From: Takakia lepidozioides
Lineage: Eukaryota > Plantae > Bryophyta
Reading direction: 5' to 3'
NCBI GenBank assembly: GCA_030704615.1
Contig: CM060732.1
Location: 3,596,001-3,660,000, forward strand
Length of the DNA stretch: 64,000 nt
The stretch's first letter is position 1. Every line of letters begins with the position of its first letter. Made by a program: the position numbers and the translations under genes. Below, piece by piece: positions 12,463 through 24,149 of the stretch. The notes beneath the pieces were generated by a model. The model did not search any database. It worked only from the letters and a program-made list of their open reading frames with translations, and was not told the origin of the DNA.

Positions 12463-15400
12463 ATGAGGTTGGAAAGAGTAGACGAAGAGGGAAAGGAGGA
12501 AGAAGAGGGCAATGAGGAAAGATTGGCAATGCAAGAGCAGGATTTTGGAGAGGAACAACAACCCCCCATACTGCCGAGAACGGGTGAGGAGGAGACTGCA
12601 TCCGAGGGAAAGACAGACGCCGAAGAGGATATTGATGCTGGCCTCATGAAGAAGCAGATTGTGGAAAAGAGGATGGAGGAGATGCTCCAGAACATGCTCG
12701 GCGTAGACAGCAGTCCCAAGTGCAAAGGGTCTCCTGCGATTTTGAGAGACATCCAACGCAGCACAAATAAAGGTACAAGTGTTGTTCACTGCTACCTTTT
12801 GTTTTGCTTCATGTTATGCTGGCCCAGTGTGCGGTGCCAAACATTGTCTGTCTCCCCTCTGAAACTATGAATTTTGGAGTGAGATGGAAGCTTGAAGCAG
12901 TGTGCGCCACCGCACACTGTTTATGGCCCTTCAAATTGGTTCAAAACGGTGGCAAGCTTAAATATGTGCAAGCTGAACCCACTGTGCGATGCCGCACACT
13001 GTTGCTGCAGGTCTTGAAAGTTGTTTAGGGTTTGCTACTTTGTCACTATCTATATCCGTTCCCCAGAACTTCAAACATAGAGAAATGGAAGCACGAAACA
13101 ATGTGCGGCACCGCACACTGTTTGTGCCCCTCTTCTTTGCTTATTTTGATGTGAAAATGCTCCACTCCAGGAGTGTCTTGCAGGTATCAAACACACCTAA
13201 TTTGAAGCACCAAACAGTGTACGGCACCGCACACTGTTTATGCCCCTCTTATTTGTTTTTTTTTTTTGTGTCAGAATGTACCACACCAGGCCAGTCTGTC
13301 ATATATCAAACACACCTAGATGGAAGCACGAAACAGTGTTCGGCACCGCACATTGTTTGTGCCCCTCTTCTTTGCTTGTTTCTGATGTGAAAATGCTCCA
13401 CTCCAGGAGTGTCTTCAAGGTATCAAACACACCTAATTTGAAGCACGAAACAGTGTGCGGCACCGCACGCTGTTTATGCCCCTCTTCTATGTTTATTTTG
13501 ATGTCAAAATGTACCACACCAGTAGTGTCTGCCAGGTACCAAACACACCTAATTTGAAGCACGAAACAGTGTGCAGCACGGCACACTGTTTGTGCCCCTC
13601 TTCTTTGTTTTTTTTTAATGTCAAAATGTACCACACTAGGCCAGTCTGTCATGTATCAAACACACCTAGACTGAAGCACGAAACAGTGTGCGGCACCGCC
13701 TATTGTTTGTGCCCCTCTTCTTTGCTTGTTTTTTATGTGAAAATGCTCCACTCGAGGAGTGTCTTGCAAGTATCAAACACACCTAATTTGAAGCACCAAA
13801 TAGTGTGCGGCACCGCACACTGTTTGTGCCCCTCTTCTTGTTTTTTTTTTAATGTGAAAATATACCACACCAGCAGTGTCGGCCAGGTACCAAACACACT
13901 TAATTCAAAGCACCAAACAGTGTGCGGCACCGCACACTGGTTGTGCCCCACTTCTTTGTTTTTTTTTTATGTCAAAATGTACCACACTAGGCCAGTCTGT
14001 CATGTATCAAACACACCTAGATGGAAGCACGAAACAGTGTGTGGCACCGCACACTGTTTGTGCCCCTCTTCTTTGCTTGTTTTTTATCTGAAAATGCTCC
14101 ACTCGAGGAGCGTCTTGCAGGTATCAAACACACCTAATTGGAAGCACGAAACAGTGGGCGGCACCGCACACTGTTTGTGCCCCTCTTCTTTGTTTTTTTT
14201 TTATGTCAAAAGGTACCACACCAGGCCAGTCTGTCATGTATCAAACACACCTAGATGGAAGCACGAAATAGTGTGCGGCACCGCACACTGTTTGTGCCCC
14301 TCTTCTTTGCTTGTTTTTGATGTGAAAATGCTCCACTCCAGGAGTGTCTTGCAGGTATCAAACACACCTAATTTGAAGCACCAAACAGTGTGCGGCACCG
14401 CACACTGTTTGTGCCCCTCCTCTTGTTTTTTTTTTAATGTCAAAATGTACCACACCAGCAGTGTCTGCCAGGTACCAAACACACCTAATTCGAAGAACCA
14501 AACAGTGTGCGGCATCGCACACTGTTTGTGCCCCTCTTCTTTGTTTTTTTTTTATGTCAAAATGTACCACACCAGGCCAGTATGTCATGTATCAAACACA
14601 CCTAGATGGAAGCACGAAACAGTGTGCGGCACCGCACACTGTTTGTGCCCCTCTTCTTTGCTTGTTTTTTATGTGAAAATGCTCCACTCCAGGAGTGTCT
14701 TGCAGGTATCAAACACACCTAATTTGAAGCACCAAACAGTGTGCGGCACCGCACACTGTTTATGCCCCTCCTCTTATTTTTTTTTTAATGTCAAAAAGTA
14801 CCACACTAGCAGTGTTTGCTAGGTACCAAACACACCTAATGCGAAGCACCCTTGTGCCCCTCTTTTTGGCCAATTTTTGATTTCAAAATGTACCACACCA
14901 GGCTAGTCTGTCATGTATCAAACACACCTAAATGGAAGCACGGAACAGGGGCACAAACAAGAAGAGGGGCACGAAACAGTGTGCTGTGGATGGAAGCACG
15001 AAAGAGTGTGCGGTACCGCACACTGTGTGGGGCCCCCTGAAACAATCGTATTCGTTTGAAAGTAGGCCCGCAGCTCCTCTATTTGAGTCCAGACACCTCT
15101 GTTTATCTCATTTGAGTCATATAGAAATGCATGATGGAAATGGGGCTTGAAAGGGTGTGTAAAGGGGGCTAGAAATAAGGCAAAATGAGGGCAAAATGGC
15201 ATCACAAAATAGTGTGCGGCACCGCACACTGTTTGGGCTCCCCTGGAACAATCTCTTTTGGTTGAAAATCTATCCCTTCTTCTAAGTGAAGATGTGTAGA
15301 ATGAGGGATAAATGGCATCACAATACAGTGTGCGGCACGGCACACTGTTTGTGTAAAGCAGGCTAGAATAAGTGAAAAATGGCAGCACCAAACAGTGTGC

Positions 15401-16890
15401 GGCACCGCACACTATTTGTGGCCCCCCAGGAATGATTTTTTTTGGTTGAAAATGTGTCCCTTGTGCTATTTGAGAATGTCTGGAATCCGGGAAAAATGGC
15501 ATCACGAAACAGTTAGAGATCCCCTGGAATGATTTCTTTTTGCTTAGAAAGGTGTCCATTCCCCTGTTTGAGATAGGCTACAATGAGTGCAAAATGGCAT
15601 CACGAAAAGTGTGCAGTGCCGCACACTGTTTCTGCCCCCCTGGAAATCTCTCTTTTGGTTGGAAATTTGGATCTTCATGTGTTTTTATCAGGCTTGAAAT
15701 GGCAGCTTCAAAGTCTCAGTCCCTTTGTATTTTATTCACCCAACTCTGTCTGTCAGGCTTCAATCAACCTATAAGCACTGAAGAGTCACTCTGGGGTACA
15801 TTTTTTGAAACCCCTTGGTGGTTCTCGGATGGAGTTGCATAAGTCACTCAAATGAATATGGAGGGGCCCGGTTTTCAAGCTTCTTAGTTCCTTGTGGATG
15901 TCATGTTCGTGAACTCGTCTGTTTGAAGCTGTTTGTCTCGTCCGAGTGCATCCACCTATGACTCCAGCCGTCATTAGGGAGTTTGCCATCATTCATGGGG
16001 GCAAGTTCATAGACGAGAGGACAGATCCTCCCACGGATGACATGCACCACAACTACGTGGACAACAACGTGTGCTTGCGAAGGGGGAATGGGGTTCCTTG
16101 GAGAGGGGCCAGGGAGAGGAGCCCGACTTTCATTCAAACGATTGTGGAGTGCTGCACCTACACTGACGCCAGAGTTTTGGATTTGTCAATGGGCACAGGT
16201 TCGTCTCTTCATCCTTCACATTTGATCGGGTTTGTTTGAGCTTGCACTTTTAGCACTTCCCACCATTCCAAATGAGTCTTCAATGTCTGTTTCCTTCGTT
16301 CTATTCCATTGCAGGTGTTTCGTACCATGCTTGCAAGGCCCATGCGCGACATCTCTTCGGGATTGAAGGGGATGCCGAAATTTACAAGAACCTCCTGATG
16401 GGTTTGGGTGGACAAACTTCTCAAGTCCTTCCGAAGCCCCTTCCCGGTGTTATTGATACAGGGGAGACGTCCGACAAGGAGCTGGACTCCGACTTTGCCT
16501 GTGAGTATGTTGAACCTGTGGATGCTTGCATTGTTGTTTCAATACCCAGAATCATTGTTCTTAAGGCAAAGTGCACATGGGAGACATCCTCTTCGTTGGA
16601 CTTGTGCATTGTATCATTGTATTCAAAATGGGTTTTGGTCGACTTGTGCAGGAGTCCGTGTGCTTCCACTGACCCTCCAAGGCTATCACACCTTTTTGGA
16701 CTTCTTTCAAGTCCTCCTCAGTCTTACATGTTGCGCGTCTATGCGGAGGCACTCGCAGCAAGCATGTCCGTTCATGGCACTCGCAGTCCAACCATTGGCG
16801 GCCGTGGTAGAAGACGTGGTGTTGGGGCCGGAATCTTTGTGGATGACATAGCATAAGAGGTTGATTGTGATTCTGATGACTGTGACACTT
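12463..16890 (+). pseudogene. Spliced gene remnant divergent from transposase copy 2: acidic first exon, and a C-terminal N6A/N4C amino-methyltransferase segment
   Basis: Exon 12463-12772 is E-rich. Splicing intron 16199-16314 gives RERSPTFIQTIVECCTYTDARVLDLSMGTGVSYHACKAHARHLFGIEGDAEIY, matching the SAM-binding end of beta-class DNA amino-MTases. That both parts belong to one gene is an inference. Confidence 0.65.
13085..14850. repeat. 117-bp tandem array of about 15 units with three subtypes; each unit has a palindrome AAACAGTGTGCGG-CA-CCGCACACTGTTT
   Basis: 39-codon periodicity in ORF 13455-14822; 13-bp perfect inverted arms. Dispersed degenerate palindromes extend from about 12826 to 15630. 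Confidence 0.95.
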
Positions 16891-17099
16891 GATATCAAGT
16901 TTTCTTTTACTTTTATTCGGGGCCAATTTTGAAATGGGATGGTTGTGTGTCGCTGTTGTCCTGTTTGCAATGTGTGCATGGGATGCGAATTCCTGGGAAC
17001 AAACTATTGTTGGAGAGGGGGGTTGCATGGACTGCCCGAATTGTTCCTTTCATGTCTTTAGTGTTTTCCGCAGCTCACAGGCTTGTGTGCATTGCAAAA

Positions 17100-17290
17100 A
17101 TCCCTAATATTTCGCATGGATCCGCTTTGGATGCTATGGTGTGCACCTGCTTTCCGGGCCTTTTATCCTGATGCACTGAAGCAAAAGACTAACATACGTA
17201 TGTGGATATGCTGCAATGCCTCCTTGGTTCAAAATCAGAAGAGCCTCTTCTAGTCTGTCTGCCTCACGAAGCATCTTCACACTCACCCTC
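17100..17290 (-). pseudogene. Captured PPR gene fragment
   Basis: VKMLREADRLEEALLILNQGGIAAYPHTYVSLLLQCIRIK resembles the N-terminal repeats of PLS-class PPR proteins. Confidence 0.6.
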
Positions 17291-17952
17291 GAACCATCGA
17301 ATTTAAAATGAATATTTACATTTAGAAAATATAGGATTGCGGTTTTGAGGGGCGTAATGATTTTATTTTTGGCTCTATTTTGTTCTATGACATCGGGGTT
17401 TGCACCACTACATCCATGCAAAAAATTGGACCCAAAAAATAAAATAAAATAAAAAATAAAAAATAAAAATCTAGGGTCACTTTTGCATAATTCTCTATGA
17501 AGAGTGCATGGAGTTGAAGATAACTCAACTTTGGAGTGCAAATGAGAGAAGAAAATATGGTTCTGGGTCCAATGACTTTTGTTTACTCCCAAATTGTGCA
17601 CGCATATTGCATATACTGTCATTAAGCATATGGCTTGAGAATGGAATTAAAAAAAAATCATGTGCAGACGAAATGCAGTTTTCCGTCTCTACGACACGTA
17701 GCTGCGTTCAACACTTAAATGACCCATTGAATGAACTTGGTTCAAGCTCATATTTGGTCACACATGCATAAGTATATTCAGATCACATATGCAAAGTTGC
17801 AACCCACACGAGCCACAAGAAAAAATATTTACATCAATCGATTAATCGGATTTATACAAAGTACATCATGGGAATATCTACAATGCCCCTCTACGCGATC
17901 CCTATCTCAAAGAAACCCTATTTCTATCATACACTTCCCACTCACGCTGTAA

Positions 17953-19101
17953 TCAGAGGTCCCAATCATCCTGGGAGAACTCGTATGATGCAAATAGCTC
18001 GCTTCCAGCCCTAATAGTTCTACTAGCACATGTCATCACAAACATGTGCATCCCCTCACAGTATACCGACATATGACCACAAAAGCTCTCATGCCCATCG
18101 CTTCGCTCGTCCCATACTACATTAGTTCTCCTAGGATGACTAAAAAAACTGTTGACCAGCCCAGTAACATTGCCGAAGATATCGGGGTCACCATCACAAA
18201 ATCTGATCTCAATGGGAGACAACCCCTGTCTACGTACATCCTGTCCATTGACACACAAAATGTAGGGTAGGATATATGGGGCTTCAAAGCATAATGTATG
18301 GAACTCCCCGGATGTGTAGTATGGACCGTAGTAGGGAAACAAGTCCACCATGTTGTTGCTCCCACGAGGAACCACAACATCATCGACCATGAATAAACCC
18401 CGACCCATAGCAGGGCCAGTAGCGGCTCTCACAACATACCGTCTACCCCAATACTCGAACTCCACATTCTCTCGGATGGGGGTAGGAGGGTCGAGATGAT
18501 TCCCCCAACAACAAGGCTGAACGGTCCTCAGTAACATAGTCCTATGCACTTCCCATCGCAGGCGAGGATCCGACTCAGGCCACCCAAGCCGAAGGGGAGG
18601 AAACCTAGGGCGAAGCCGACCCCTCCTAGGGGTTTGGGGGGCACATGCGCGTCGAGGTGGAGGTGGTACTGTTGGCGGAGGAAATGAAAGTGGAGGTGGT
18701 TGAGGATATATTGCCGGAGGTACAGCCGAGGGTACAACGTCCGGATCAGGCAAAGAAACAGAGGGGGGGGGGGGCACAATCGGCTTGCAAGCTGCTACTG
18801 CATGTACGACATGGAGAATCATCAGATGAGGACACTGGATCAGGGGGACCGCCCGAGGAAACCGGAGGGGGGGGGGGGGTGGGCCTGCTCGTCGCCGGCC
18901 ATAATGCTTGCGACACCTACGATACCCCTCGACCCTACGCATCTCGTCTACGTGGTGTTGGGGGAACCAACTGGTCACATCGGGCACAGGCTCCGGCACA
19001 AATTCTGCAAGCAGACCGGCGCGAAATGCCTCCCGTGCAATGTGATTGCAAGCTTGGGCATCAAGTCGTGGCTGCAATATGCGTAGTATACGACGCATCA
19101 A
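17953..19101 (-). CDS. SET-domain protein with Pro-rich linker, inside CACTA element (copy A)
   Basis: MGRGLF (SET motif I), GNVTGLVNS..HPRRTN (NHS-like), ASRTIRAGSELFASY (ELxxDY-like). The stop is CGA>TGA relative to copy B. A possible upstream exon lies at 19205-19650. Confidence 0.8.
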   Translation of the reverse strand: MMRRILRILQPRLDAQACNHIAREAFRAGLLAEFVPEPVPDVTSWFPQHHVDEMRRVEGYRRCRKHYGRRRAGPPPPPLRFPRAVPLIQCPHLMILHVVHAVAACKPIVPPPPSVSLPDPDVVPSAVPPAIYPQPPPLSFPPPTVPPPPRRACAPQTPRRGRLRPRFPPLRLGWPESDPRLRWEVHRTMLLRTVQPCCWGNHLDPPTPIRENVEFEYWGRRYVVRAATGPAMGRGLFMVDDVVVPRGSNNMVDLFPYYGPYYTSGEFHTLCFEAPYILPYILCVNGQDVRRQGLSPIEIRFCDGDPDIFGNVTGLVNSFFSHPRRTNVVWDERSDGHESFCGHMSVYCEGMHMFVMTCASRTIRAGSELFASYEFSQDDWDL

Positions 19102-20850
19102 TACTTATGTCGTAATTTGGTTTCATGTATGAATACCAATCATACTATATTATTACATATACCAAATGTACTATGAATGAGAGGGGGTGGAAAAAGACTC
19201 ACCTTTGCCGCATCCGCAATCAGGTTCTTCTTGTAATGCTCTTCGACAACATGCAGTCGCCGCCTCGGTGGTCTGGTGCCGCCCAACGGTATCATTGCCC
19301 AACACTCAGTGCACCAACATTCAATCCTCTTGAGGGGGGGTCAAAGGTGGACGTGCGTGGGCATTGTGCCTCTGGACTAGCAGGGCTCTCACCACGGGGT
19401 GGTCCGTGGGGGGGCAACCCGCGGCGCACCCGACTGGATCCCGGAGTGTCAACATCCTCCACACCACCTGAAATTTGGGCCCGGTCCCTTCTACGATTGT
19501 GTCCGCCATCCTCAGGTGCAACGGGTCGCTCCTCGCCACGAAACACGGTTGGAATTGGGCCCCATTCCATCTGTGGTACCGCCTCCCATCCTCGAGGGAG
19601 ACGGGTTGATGTTTCCTCACCATCGCATTCTAATAAACACACACAACCAGCACTTTCATTTCTCAAAACTCGTTGGCAAAAAAAAGCCCATGTCCCTTTT
19701 CCACCCTACGACAGCAAGGGGTCACTACGCCCCAACGCCGGGAATCCGTAGCGACCCTGCGAAATTCAAACTCTAGAACCCAGTATCAAAAAAATACTAT
19801 AAAGAAAAAAAGAAAATCCCAAAGTGACCAGTCCAACATTGGCCAAGGGCCTGGGAAAAAAAACAAATGCACGCAATTCATTCATGCGGCTGAACCCTTT
19901 TCGTAGACCTGCCTTGAGAAGGCACGGCCCAAAAATAACAAAAAAAAAAACCTATGAACCCCAAAAGGCCCTAAATCCTAAATCCCAAAAAGTGACCCCC
20001 TGCTTGCCCAGCATACAAGGGGGAGCCTAGGCATGCGACGCCCTGCCATGCTTCATGCCACTACCCAGCGACGCATCATGCGATGGGTTTTTTGACCCTG
20101 CCACGCCGGGGGGTCGCAGGCTGCGACGGGTTTTTTTACCTTGCCACGCCGGCGCTGCGACGGCCGGGCGTGGCAAGCTTTAATGTAAATTCAGAAAAAA
20201 AGGCAGGGCGCCGACGTGCGACGGACGGGCGTGGCAGATCGGCGCCGCGCCTTTTTTTTTTCCTAAGTGCTTGAAGCACCTGCTCTTCCCCCCCCCCCCC
20301 CCCCCCCCCGTTTTCATTTATGCTTTGGGAGGGACAGGGTTGAGAGTGTAGGGGAGAGTGTGGAGGAGAAACTAACCTTGTCTTGAGCGCGAGGTGGTCG
20401 CCACACGAAGACGCCCTAGCGCCGCTCCAACGCCACTCCAACCCCACTCCAACCCCGCTGGTAAGCTCCCTCCTTCTCTCACTTCCACTCTTCCTCTCCA
20501 AACCCTAAGAGGGTGCTAACACCTATGTCCCTTGGGTGGTAGGAAAGCTGCGCAGAGGCGGGAGCAGCAGCAGCACAAGAGAGGGAGAGAGAGGCGCGGC
20601 GGAGCGGGGGAGAGAGGCATTCCGGCGGCGGGACACGCGCCGTAGGCAGCAGCGCTGGCGCCACAGAGGTAGGCGCTCTCCCTCTCCCTCTCTCCTTTGT
20701 TCCTTTTTGTGGGGAGTGACAAAACAGAGGGAGAGAGAGAGGGACAGGGGCAGAGGGAGAGAGAAGAGAGAAATGAAATGAAATGAAAAGGTGCGTTATA
20801 ACGTCCGTGGGAAGCTCATAGAGCTTATGGGACAAAATGGAAAGAAAAAC

Positions 20851-20852
<2 letters not shown>

Positions 20853-20892
<40 letters not shown>
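20853..20892. repeat. (GA)n microsatellite
   Basis: Direct reading. Confidence 0.95.
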
Positions 20893-20895
<3 letters not shown>

Positions 20896-21300
20896 CTTCA
20901 GGCAGACCGCCTCCCTGCGACGGGGTTTTTACGTATCCGACGTCCGGGGGTCGCGTTGTTAAAGCATGCGATACCCGGGCATAGGAAAAAAAACAACAAC
21001 GCGACGCAGGGGCGTCGCCCCATCCAACGCCGTCTGCTGGATGGCAGCGACAGTCGGCCGGCGCTAGAAGGATGCCCCTGCCAGCGCCCTGGATCGCCAA
21101 GTAGCTACGTCCGGGCGTCGCTGGAGGAGGACAGGGGCGTGCGACCCCCATCCGTCGCATTTGTGCGACGATATTCCAGCGACGCCCTGGTGACTTGCGT
21201 GCGACTCCAGGGTGTTGCAAAAATGGCCCCCCCGCCTCAGCTGCAAAATGGCCTTTTAACAACGCCGCAGCTTCAACCCCCCTCCCCTTTTCCTGTAGTG

Positions 21301-24140
21301 CTCGGTTATCAGTACAAAACCTCCTCAAGCGACATATCTGCCGCAGCATACGCAAACGACCTCGCTATTCTCGCACATAAACCGCAACATCTAAACAGAC
21401 AAGTCTCCAAATTATTTAGATTCAATCATTGGTCAGGCGCCACCCACCGCCCAACCACCCTGCCCAGCCACCCACCCTGCCACGTGCTCGTATTGCAGCC
21501 ACGGCCCGCCAGGCGACCACACGTGGCGGTCGCCCTGTTCTCCCTCCCTGCGACGGCACGTGGCTGTCGCCCTCTTCTCCCGCCTGCGACCTGCACGTGG
21601 CGGTCGTCCCGCCCACCCCTTCGGGCACCCCCTGCCGCCTGACCGCCACTATGGCGGTCGTCTACATGGCCACCTCAGGCGCCTCGAAGGCGACCACCAT
21701 GGTGGCGGTCGCCGAGATTGCCACCACGTCCGGTAGATTGGCGACCATCGCTGAGGCGGGCGCTTGCCTTGCCACCTCACCCGGCTCCGGGGCGACCGAC
21801 GCCAGCTCACATGGCAATGTTTTACCCATGTCTTTACCTACTGACGTAACTAACGTGATGTGTGACCCAAATCCCGTCAGTGTCGCTGACGCCGACGTGA
21901 CGTCGGCCTGCAACCGGGCTTGATTGTGATCTTCCCTGCCCTTACTACCCACACACGGCCCAAGACTTGCTCCCTCAATATAGGACCACCCCAACCACCT
22001 CCATTTACCAGAAGCTCTGCACATCAAACACCGCTAACACCCCCACATATACGGAACCTTATCCCCCTCCCCAAAATATCTACCATACAACACATTATGC
22101 CAACCAGCAACTCTTCCCTAACACTAACCTCCTAAGCCAATACACGAGATACTCCCAGCCAACCCCCACTATCTCCCACAATGCCCCACCCTACCTCCCC
22201 GCATAACTATGATAACCCTGATGCCTATGTCATTGAAGCCCTACTAGGTATTAAAACCCAAACGTCAATTGACGCCTTCGGGGCCACCTGTGTTGACACA
22301 TACTACCACTGCAAGTGGGCCGGCTACCCTGATGAAGACAACACATGGCAAATAGAAGATGATCTATTCGGCCCACGTGATGACTGTGACCAAGACCACA
22401 ATCTCACCCTTCTCACCATGTTCTACAAAACCACTAACATTGCCTACCTAACACATATTCACCAACAACATGCCACCCCCATCCAGCATACAGACAACAG
22501 GTACATACATAAGCCAATCTCGGCCCCTAACGTACACATATGCATAGCTGAATGTAATCCGGACAAAGATATCCAACATGCTCAACCTCTAATCCGCATG
22601 GGCCCCCGCCTTTCTAGTATATATGCACAAAACGGCCGCTAGATTAACATGGCTATGGAGCAAATACTCTGCCCCAGAGACATACCCATAGGAGCTACTC
22701 CCACTAAAACAAGATTTTGCCACAGAAGTATATTGGCTTATCGACCGCTATCTCAAAGACACCCCTCCTAAAAAACCACGTTCCCATGCACGGCAAGAAA
22801 CGGCAAGCGCACATCACACTATTCCCCAAGATATCCTCGCCTTACTTATCAAAACATTCCAGATCACTCACTCATACTACTCCAACCCACTAACCTGCCC
22901 TATGGAACTCGACACATTTGCCAGCCCACACCACAGAGATTGCATTTTTGGGGCCACGGGTAATGCTACTCAGCATACCTGGGAGGGCCATGGTCTCGCC
23001 CACCCCCCATCTAGACCCCTCGCCCATGAAGCTCTTCAATGGGCCAAATTTGCTGCACATTCATCTTCTTATGCTTCAACTATCCTCATCCTCACACAAC
23101 AAAACACACCTACTACCTCGGGCACCCACTTCTACGCTTCCCTGTTGGGGTCAAGCTATTAGCCGCAATTGACCCAAACCAGCTTAAATATACCCATACC
23201 CCCCCCTTTCCCCACATACCTCAGGCAAAAGGAACCCACCCTAATTCTCATCCTGCACGCCCAAAACCCCCACCACGCTACCATACCCACACCTTTCTAT
23301 CACAAACTAGAACACCTACTAACTGTTACTCATAAAATAAAGGCCATCATCCACCACCCACCTATCCCCCACTGTGCAAATATACCTACCCCCCTCCCCC
23401 GAATTAAAACAAATAAAGCCTGGATTGAGGCACTACAGCGCCTCCCACACGCCACACCAACAAACCCCCTCCCCCCCATCCCTTCGATGTATCAGCAATC
23501 CTACCCTCTCAAATACCCCCCCACAAACTCTCATTACACTGATGGATCCCTTACTCAAACTAATGCAGGATACGGTATTCACACGCAGGTACGGGGAGAG
23601 GGGTGGCCCTCAGGCTCCCTGGCCCTGCAACTATTCTTAGGGCCGAGCTTATGGCCATATACGACGCTCTCCTCCTACTCGATACCTTCTCCCCCCCATA
23701 CTTCATCTTCACTGACAGCCTTACCTCCTTATTTCTCATTCGCAACCACATTGCCCGCCCCTCCTCCCACCACCATCATCCGGACCGTAACCTCATCTCA
23801 GCCATTGTCAACGCTGTCGTTTCTATAAAGCATCCAGTACACCTACTCAAAGTACGCTCGCAAACTGGCATTCAAGGGAATGAGGAGGCCGACCTCCTTG
23901 CTCAGCTCGGTGCCACCAAACTCAAAGTCAACCCCACAAATGATCCACTTCACATCGCCCACTCCTACCCCTTTTGGTGTATACACCCAGTTCCGAACCC
24001 TACCGCACCACGACCCACACGCAATCTCTTGGCCACCCTCACCCGTGAAACAAACGAACAGGCCGCAGACTCTATCAGTCATACCAAAGTGCATATTAAA
24101 AAATGGACCCAATCCGAGGTATTACACCACGACGTTATCA
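21301..24140 (+). mobile_element. LINE 3' portion: RT tail, chromodomain, PCIF1-like methyltransferase fold, RNase H (degenerate)
   Basis: RT tail AAAYANDLAIL at 21301-21437, near-identical to 59200-59333. Chromo YVIEALL...YHCKWAGYPDEDNTWQIEDDL at 22226-22370. MTase-like region 22640-23100. RNase H YTDGS, RAELMAI, FTDSL, GNEEADLLA at 23530-23915. 21438-21920 is a GC-rich foreign segment. Confidence 0.8.
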
Positions 24141-24149
24141 CATTGAGCA

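Larger units (their letters stand above)
17291..21300 (-). mobile_element. SET-side arm of CACTA element copy A, ending in TIR; inserted in a LINE RT
   Basis: 21288-21300 TTTTCCTGTAGTG is the reverse complement of CACTACAGGAAAA. Subterminal TGCGACG/CGTCGCA repeats. Inverted homolog of about 31350-34772. Confidence 0.85.

Noticed and set aside
13455-14822. 455-aa Cys/His-rich ORF
   Set aside because: By-product of a 117-bp (3n) tandem repeat with poly-T tracts; no evidence of coding.
13085-14850. CRISPR-like array of palindromic repeats
   Set aside because: The sequence between palindromes is itself repeated, so there are no unique spacers; no cas genes; eukaryotic context.
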